Origin: Octopus sinensis
Lineage: Eukaryota
Direction of reading: 5' to 3'
Assembly: GCF_006345805.1 (NCBI RefSeq)
Contig: NC_043007.1
Coordinates: 9,362,001 to 9,426,000 of the forward strand
Length of the DNA stretch: 64,000 bases
Below, piece after piece: positions 55,601 through 64,000 of the stretch. The notes below the pieces were generated by a model. That model was given only the letters and a program-made list of their open reading frames with translations. It was not told the origin of the DNA and did not search any database. The position numbers and the translations under genes were made by a program. Each line of letters starts with the position of its first letter. The first letter of the stretch is position 1.

Positions 55601-56133
55601 GAGTGAGAGAGCAGTTCATGCCATCAAAGTGACACCGGGGTAAAATATACGAAGCCCAATATACCCATCATGACTACCCGTCTGCTAAGGGTACACCAGG
55701 CACATGCATCACAACCATATGTGCGCGACATGGTGATCTCATATCAAGATAAACAGCACATGACCTTGCAGGTGGGGCCCAGTTAGAATTTTCTTCAGGT
55801 TGAGTAGCCCATCCCGCTCAAACGTTCCCTGAATAAGGGTTGTTTAAGGATGTTGAAAAAACCACCCATGTTTCCAGAGGTGAATTATTCAAACCCCAAA
55901 GAATCCCTCTCAACTACTTCTGCTCGTGATCAGAGATGCACATATCGTCAGCCACTAAGGGACATGCTCAACTGGTTAAGGTCAAACAACTGACAAGCAA
56001 ATCTGTGGTATTGAGCAAAATATTTGCTGTAGCCCATCTTTTATACCAAGACAAAACAATGTACATGATGACACTTCCAATCAGTTAAGATCAGAAGCCA
56101 TGAGAGCCACTGCCTGGTACTGCATCAGGGCAT
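55601..56133 (-). mobile_element. Longest copy of the (AAT)n-associated retroposon
   Basis: Matches 196-710, with ~40 extra 5' nt and a ~23-bp internal deletion. (ATT)n on both sides. Confidence 0.8.
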
Positions 56134-56692
<559 letters not shown>

Positions 56693-57010
56693 CATTCCTT
56701 CATAACACAGTGTTGGTAAAAATGCACCACAGTCTTTTGTCATCTGTCAAGGCACAACAAGGACATCAGGCAGAGAATACTCTCCTTAAGATGTGCGCTG
56801 TGCCCAATAAGGTTGCTTTTTGCAATACGTCAATCTTGCATGGGATTTCCAGTTGCCTAAAGAAGTCCTGAAGTTTCAATGGGATGGAGCCCAACGCTCC
56901 GACCACCACTGGTATCCCTCTGAGAACTCTTCCTACGTCATTTTTCTTGCCTTGGTAGTATTTCTTCCTATGCCAGGAAAGTAAATGTCTTTGCCACAGA
57001 GATGCCATTG
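56693..57010 (-). pseudogene. C-terminus (restriction-like endonuclease end) and 3' UTR of an R4/Dong-like non-LTR retrotransposon
   Basis: IPVVVGALGSIP...LQKATLLGTAHILRRVFSA*, followed by a short UTR that runs into (TAA)n. Confidence 0.8.
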
Positions 57011-58336
57011 AGTATCTTCCAGATTATGTTAAGCCACTCTTATAGTTATTATTATTATTATTATTATTAATATTATTGTTATCATCAGTAGTAGCAGTTG
57101 TAGTAGTAGTAGCGGCAGCAGCATTAGTAGTAGTAGTAGCAGCAGCAGCAGCAGCAGTAGTAACAGCAGCAGCAGCAGTAGAAGTAGTAGTAGTGGTGGT
57201 GGTGGTGGTGGTTGTAGTAGTAGTAGTAGTAGTATTTTATACCAGTTCAAAATTTTAACATTTGTTTTTTTTTCCTTATGAAAATCTTCGCGAAAGCCCT
57301 GCTGGCCAATATTTATCACTCATCCAGGCATGCATTTAATTATGTATCTATTTATTCATTGAATACGTTCCCTTATTTTCCCGCCTTGCCTTTTCATTCT
57401 TTATCACTTCCTCTATTTCACTACCGCTCTCTCTTTCTCCTTTGTCTTTCCTTCTTTTTTTTTTCCTTTTTGTATTATCTCTCTTTCTCCGCAACGGACA
57501 TTTATAGTTTACATTTTTTTTCTTGATTCTTTCCCTCAGTGAATTTTCCTTTCCATTGCTTTCGGATTTCTCATATTTTGTTTATTACATCTCTCCTGCT
57601 TTCCTGAACCTTGGTTTCTTATTTTCTTTTTCTCTATGTCCAATCTTTATTTCTTACTGCTCCTCCTTTTAATGTTATCAAGTTTTCAAATTTTCTATCC
57701 ATATTTTTCCCATTTCTTCTACTTTTTTTCAACCCTCATTCCCTCACTGTTTCTATATACTTCTCTCCCTCCACCCTTTCTTTTCTTTTAGTTTAGTTCT
57801 GTCTTCAGTGCTTCCATACTTTTCCTTCCATAGTTTTTACCTTTTACAATCCACTCGTGCTAGACACCCGTACATATTTCTCATATTTTCTCTTACGCTT
57901 TTTCTATTCCAATTGCAGCATGCACACACATAAACACACTGTTTATAAGTGCCTCGATTTTTTTTCCAGTCTCTCTTAATCTTAAGCAATAACACTTGTT
58001 GACAAGAGGGACAGTCAACGTTGATGTAGCTGAAAAATATATGCTTAATTCAACGACGTGATGACTCCTGAGATCACAAACGCGGAAGAATATTCGTAAT
58101 AACCATGTTGACAGGTCTGAAAAAAATATCACATGGAAACGCATATCAAGAAAGTTATATAAAACTCAATAACACAAAACGTCGATAAATTTACTGGGGA
58201 AATATTTGCATAAAATTCAGACTTCTTATTTTCTAACATTTTCATCTTATACGCTTTCAACTCCCTTACGAAATACATTGCTTGAAGTTGAATATACTCA
58301 CAAACAGCGATATAAAAGCACGCATGTAAATGTTTG

Positions 58337-58397
<61 letters not shown>

Positions 58398-58502
58398 CAT
58401 AGGTACGTATGAATATATGTACATGTATACATACATACATACATACATACATACATACATACATACATACATACATACCTATATATATATATGCCTATAT
58501 AC

Positions 58503-58687
58503 TGTTTTACTTGTTTCAGTAATTTGACCGTGGCCATGCTGGAGCACCGCCTTTTAATCGAGCAAATAGACCACAGGATTTATTCTTTGTAAGCCTAGTA
58601 CTTATTCTATCGGTCTCTTTCGCCGACACCAGCATCGGTTGTCAAGCGATGTTGGGGGGACAAACACAGACACACAAAAATATACAA

Positions 58688-58721
<34 letters not shown>

Positions 58722-58881
58722 ATATATCCGAAGGGCTTCTTTCAGTTTCTGTATACCAAATCCATTCACATGGCTTTGGTCGGCCCGAGGCTATAGTAGA
58801 AGACACATGCCCTATGTGCCGCGGTGTGGGTCTGAACCCCGATCCATGTGATTTGTAACCAAGCTACTTACCACACAGCCA
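58503..58881 (-). mobile_element. CORE-type SINE, followed by an oppositely oriented tail at ~58885-59003
   Basis: Reverse complement of 1093-1498. Confidence 0.85.
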
Positions 58882-59859
58882 ATAAAATAAGTACCAGGCT
58901 TAAAAATCAAGCATTGGAATCGATTTGCTCGACTAAAATTCTTCAAGGATGTGCCCCAACTTAACCGCACAGTCTAATGACTGAAACAAGCAAAAGATAA
59001 AGTTAAATGATTATATATAATTCTATTTAAATCAGCTATTTCTGTAACTTCTCACCATTTCATTAATTGCTTTGTTGTCTCCTCTCCCACTACCTTTTGG
59101 CTATATTCGTTGCATATAAGACGCTGGAGTATAGAGTGGCATACAAGTTTTATTCTGATGCTGAGCATGAGCAAGCGCGCGTGATAAAGAGCGAGAGAAA
59201 GAGAACGAGAATGACAGTGAGATTGAGTAAAAAGAGAGAAAGCGTGAGAGAGAGTGAGAGAGACAAACATACAGACAGTAATGGAAACAGAAAAAGGAAG
59301 TACTGGATCTAAATGACCATAAAGACTGGTGTAGATTTGTTCGAATAAGCACTTCAATGTTGATGCATCGCAATGACCGCACTCCAGTGACTGAAATAAA
59401 TAGAATGCAGAACACAGAACGCAGTTAAAGAAAGCTGAATGCGTTTGTTTTAGTTAGTGTAGACACAGTTCGCTGGTGAACCAGCTTCACTGTATTCTCT
59501 ATAATCAACAAGGAGTTAAGGAAATTTGAATATTATCTCTAACTGAAAATGTTTGAAAAACCAGCGTTTGGGAAAAAATATTGACTCCCACATGAAGCGA
59601 AAACAAGTTATGTATCCGAATTTTAATACAGTGCCAAACTATGACACCAAAGTAAGAATACTGTAATTTTCGATGTTTCCCTTCAACTTTTGTGGTGTAT
59701 ATATATGTGTGTGTAGGAGGGCGTTGGAATCAAGTAGTGAAATTGTAAATTAGGGATCCCCAGTAGTATTTTAATAGTCCATAACAAATTTTGGTTTAGA
59801 TGCATCTATTGCAAGGAACAGCTCATTTTTTCTCTAATGTTTTATATAAAGTAACATGT

Positions 59860-60052
59860 TTCTTATTTCTTTATTGCCCACAAGGGCAAACAAGGACAGA
59901 CAAAGGGATTAAGTCGATTACAAATAGAGGGGACAAACAAGGACAGACAAAGGGATTAAGTCGATTACATCGAGCTCAGTGTGCATAACTAGTACTTAAT
60001 TTATCGACCCCGAAATGATGAAAGGCAAAGTCGACCTCGGCGGAATTTGAAT
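59860..60052 (-). mobile_element. MetaSINE-type fragment with a duplicated tail-A segment
   Basis: CAAACAAGGACAGACAAAGGGATTAAGTCGATTACA occurs twice. Core GAAAGGCAAAGTCGACCTCGGCGGAA. Confidence 0.8.
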
Positions 60053-60149
60053 TACCATTAAAATAACCTTTCTGGTAAGTGGAGCATGTTCTCTCAGAGA
60101 TTTGTGTCGCAAACCTAATCAAGAGAAGATAAACTAGTTTATAAACATC

Positions 60150-60570
60150 GAATATCTATGGTGGAGTCCACCAGAATTAAATAGTAATTAGAGGGATCTA
60201 TAGGTAAAAAAAAAGCTTATTTGTTATTTAGCACTATGATGATTTATAATTGACAAGTTATTGTGATTATGCGGAATACAGAGAAACTGGGTCACCAGCA
60301 AACTGTATCTATACTAACTAAAACCAATGTATTAGCAAATATTTATACTGGGGTCCACCACAATAAAATAGTAATCAGAGGGGTCTACAGGTAAAAACCT
60401 AAAAAAAAAAATTGTTAAAAGTTACTGCTATAAGCCCTTATCTGTTCTTCAGCACTAGATTTGTGATGATTTATAATTGACAAATTATCGCGGATATGTG
60501 GAATACAAAGAAACTGGTTCACCATGAACTGTGTATATACTATCTACAACGAGCGTATTATCAAATATTG
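60150..60570 (+). repeat. Diverged tandem duplication (~190-225-bp unit)
   Basis: GTCCACCA..AAATAGTAAT.AGAGGG..TGATGATTTATAATTGACAA..GGAATACA..GAAACTGG occurs twice. Confidence 0.8.
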
Positions 60571-62313
60571 GCATAAAAGTAATTGAAACAGTGTATGTGT
60601 ACGCTGCTAGTGGTAAGCTTTCATCTAACTATTCTACAGAGTTGTGATAAAGAAATTTGACCAACACTTTAGCAACAGTCACAATCAATTGTCTTTGAAA
60701 GTGAGGATTGGATACCAAGATAGACTGTACATCACTCGTTCGTCTTTTTGTTAGTAACAACACCTGTATACCATGAAACCTTAGAAATCACGTTCATCAC
60801 ACCTACAGTGCTTATCTTTATAACTGATCGTCTTTTTGAATCCTCCAATGTGTGTCGTTTAATTTCCTTTTTCTCCCTAAATGGAAGTGTTCCAACTGAG
60901 GTGAAGGAACAGAGCAATATTTCAGATATCACCACTTCAAGAAATATCTCGTATCCCGATGCTATATATCTATCAATTGTAGAGGGAGACATTAATCACT
61001 GTAAAATTAGAAGCAAACTTTGCCAAACACCATCCAAATCATAATTTTATTATACGAGATAAAAAAGGAAAAAACGTTGCTGTACTTTTACCAGCAAAAA
61101 TTCGCAGGTCTTTCTCAAAAATCTGATTACAAGTTATCTCTGAAAATATCAAAGCTATCTAGAGAGGTCACTTCTATCACCTTCACACCAATTCTAAATA
61201 TAGTTCATATGTTTGTATGTATGCATGTATTAATGTATATATATATATATGCAAGTGCGTGTGTGTTTGTGTGTTTCTGTGTGTCTGTGTATGTTCTTCT
61301 ATTATTTCCTTGTTACACTCATTGGTACTACAGCCATGCTGGGACACTGCACTGAAGTGTTAAATCGAACAAATCGACCCCACAATCTATTTCGTCTTTA
61401 CGGCTTGCCACTGTTTCTTTTGCTGAACCACTAGGTCACCAGGACAAAAGAATCCAACACCACCTATGAGTTGGTGGGGCAGAAATATAAACACAGACGC
61501 ACACATATATATGCACACACAAACATATTTTTATATACGACAGATTTCCATACAGTTTTCGTCTAAGTTCACTCATAAGACATATATGAAATACTGTAAG
61601 AGTCGCCGCAGAGCTCGTTGACCAGAAAAACTTTCTTCTAAAGTAAATTAAATGTAAGCGTGTCTATTTTAAATTCAATCCTCCATTTATTTTAGAACCA
61701 GAACATTATTTACCTTATTTACATTATGACTCGATAGATATCTAAAATCGACGCTATCATTAGAATAAGAGAATATAGAACATATTCACCAGGAAGGATT
61801 TAAACAGTTTAAAGAATGCATTCGCTAACATTGTTAGTCAATAGACAAACAGACTAAATTGTGTAGAAAATAATAGCAGCTAATGAAATCAACTATTTAT
61901 ATATCAGGTGTGATGATAAGAACAATTATTGATCTAATGCATTAGGCACTAAAGTACACAACAGCAATCGCCAAGTATTATCAGATACAAATGAAAGGAA
62001 ATTAGTTACCAGCGTGCGAATTTTAAATAATGGCGAATTTCGCTGTCCAGTTTCAGCTATCGATTTCTACGGGCTGAGGACTCCATGAGAATGAAACCAA
62101 TGTGAAAATGAGTATTTTATCAGTTATCTCTTGTTATGAAACGTTAATTCTCTACATCTTCTGTGAAAATGATTATTTTCTGGTAGTTTTCTTTTTATTC
62201 CTTTAGCCGTTTCAGTCATTTGACTGTGGCCTTGCTGGAGCGCCGCCGAAGGGGACCTTTAATCGAAGACGTCGATCCCAAAATTTATTCTCTGTAAGCG
62301 TATTACTTATTCA

Positions 62314-62699
62314 GTGGAGGCGCAATGGCCCAGTGGTTATGGCAGCGGACTCGCGGTCGTAGGATCGCGGTTTCGATTCCCAGACCGGACGTTGTGAGTG
62401 TTTATTGAGCGAAAACACCTAAAAGCTCCACGAGACTCCGGCAGGAGATGGTGGTGATCCCTGCTGTACTCTTTCACCACAACTTTCTCTCACTCTTACT
62501 TCCTGTTTCTGTTGTACCTGTATTTCAAAGGGCCGGCCTTGTCACTCTCTGTTTCACGCTGAATATCCCCGAGAACTACGTTAAGGGTACACGTGTCTGT
62601 GGAGTGCTCAGCCACTTACACGTTAATTTCACGAGCAGGCTGTTCCGTTGATCGGATCAACCGGAACCCTCGTCGTCGTAACCGACGGAGTGCTTCCAC
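62314..62699 (+). mobile_element. Full-length tRNA-headed SINE with a 12-bp TSD, nested in a minus-strand CORE-SINE tail
   Basis: TSD ATTACTTATTCA at 62302-13 and 62700-11. The head is nearly identical to 54618, but the 3' half differs. Confidence 0.9.
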
Positions 62700-63308
62700 A
62701 TTACTTATTCAAATGGTTCCATTTGTGGAACTGCCAAGTTAGAGGGAAGTTAACATACCAGCATTTGTTGTCAAGCGATGATGGGGTGAGTTGGGAGCAA
62801 ACAGAGACACACAGAGAGGCATGTATGTATCGCCGTCCACAGAAATAGCGTTCGTAATACTCTTTTTCGTTCGGCTTAACAGCCCTTCTTGTCTTCTTAT
62901 TTTCCTTGTCCTGTCTTTTACTGCTTATATTTTGTACTGTCGTTACTGTCCTGTTCTTGTTACCGTTTTTACCCCTCTGCAAAAAGATCTCAAATTTTAT
63001 TTGGTTTGCTTTTCGCAGGAAGGAGAGTTTCTATCGAATATACGTCTCACCTTCACCTTCGAAACGTAGAGTAGATGAAACCATGGCGACTGAAGAAGGG
63101 GTTTTTTCCTTGTGTTATTTGTCCTGTACTCTATTTTTTTGTTGTTTAAGAAAAATGTCCAGTTCCTTGGGTTTGTGTCTATGTTTTCATTTCTCATTGT
63201 GTTCGACGTTTTTTTGGTGTCCTGTACTCATATATGCGTGTATATATACATGTAGATGTAGGTACGTAATATATGTATATATATATGCATATGTTTATTT
63301 ATTAATAT

Positions 63309-63367
<59 letters not shown>

Positions 63368-63441
63368 TTATACAATTTAATAGTATTAGTTATATTTCGA
63401 GGAATGCATATATTGATATTTGTTTTAAAGCCGAGTTACAA

Positions 63442-63472
<31 letters not shown>

Positions 63473-63708
63473 TCCCGCTCTTTAATTCTTTTCTTCCTCT
63501 TTTTCTCTTTCTTCTCATCTCACGTGACCGATACGCCAGACTACTAGCCCTCTTTTTGTGTCTGACTGTGGTCATAGCCACATTCACATATATTTACCGG
63601 CGTCTTTGAAAGTATTGTATCTCTGCCGTAAGGCTTCATTTCCATACACGCTAGCTGAATTCAATTCGTCCCCAGTCGAAAGACACTTGTTGTTATGTCT
63701 TGTTATTA

Positions 63709-63770
<62 letters not shown>

Positions 63771-64000
63771 ATTATTATTATTATTATTGTATTTTGTATT
63801 TATATTTGTGTAACATCGTGTTTTTCCGTCCTTGTTTTCGTATACATTCGATGCTTTGTTCTAGGGAATCTAATGCTCTTAGCTTGGTTTTTCCTTGGGC
63901 TGGCAGATTGGAGCAATCTCAAGATTAATCAGCCGTAATTGCGAGGACGATCCGGTTCTTGACTGAAGATAGAAAGCTTCGAATGACCTGTCCTTGCTTT

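Noticed and set aside
63005-63075. GAAGG...CCTTC-GAAAC-GTA hammerhead-like half
   Set aside because: The CUGANGA box is missing.

Overview
AT-rich, repeat-dominated eukaryotic DNA. Judging by its SINE families and its very dense (TA)n/(GATA)n/(AAT)n microsatellites, it is most likely intronic or intergenic sequence of a coleoid cephalopod (Octopus-like); this taxon call is an inference. I recognise no host protein-coding gene, and almost all ORFs in the track are microsatellite artefacts. Contents: three tRNA-headed SINE families; decayed CR1, R4/Dong-like and Penelope-like (PLE) retroelements; several mariner transposons, one near full length with a D,D34D transposase pseudogene; non-autonomous Helitrons; a 1.47-kb tandem duplication; and a 100-N gap. 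The most notable unexplained signal is a dispersed set of type I hammerhead-ribozyme (HHR) motifs. One looks intact (17596-17702) and about eight are variant or decayed. Many have unusually long helix II inserts, and two lie next to PLE relics. A second signal is a set of (TAA)n-targeting retroelements, with four different 3' ends stacked in one microsatellite (54961-57010). All structures were folded by eye and no database searches were run.
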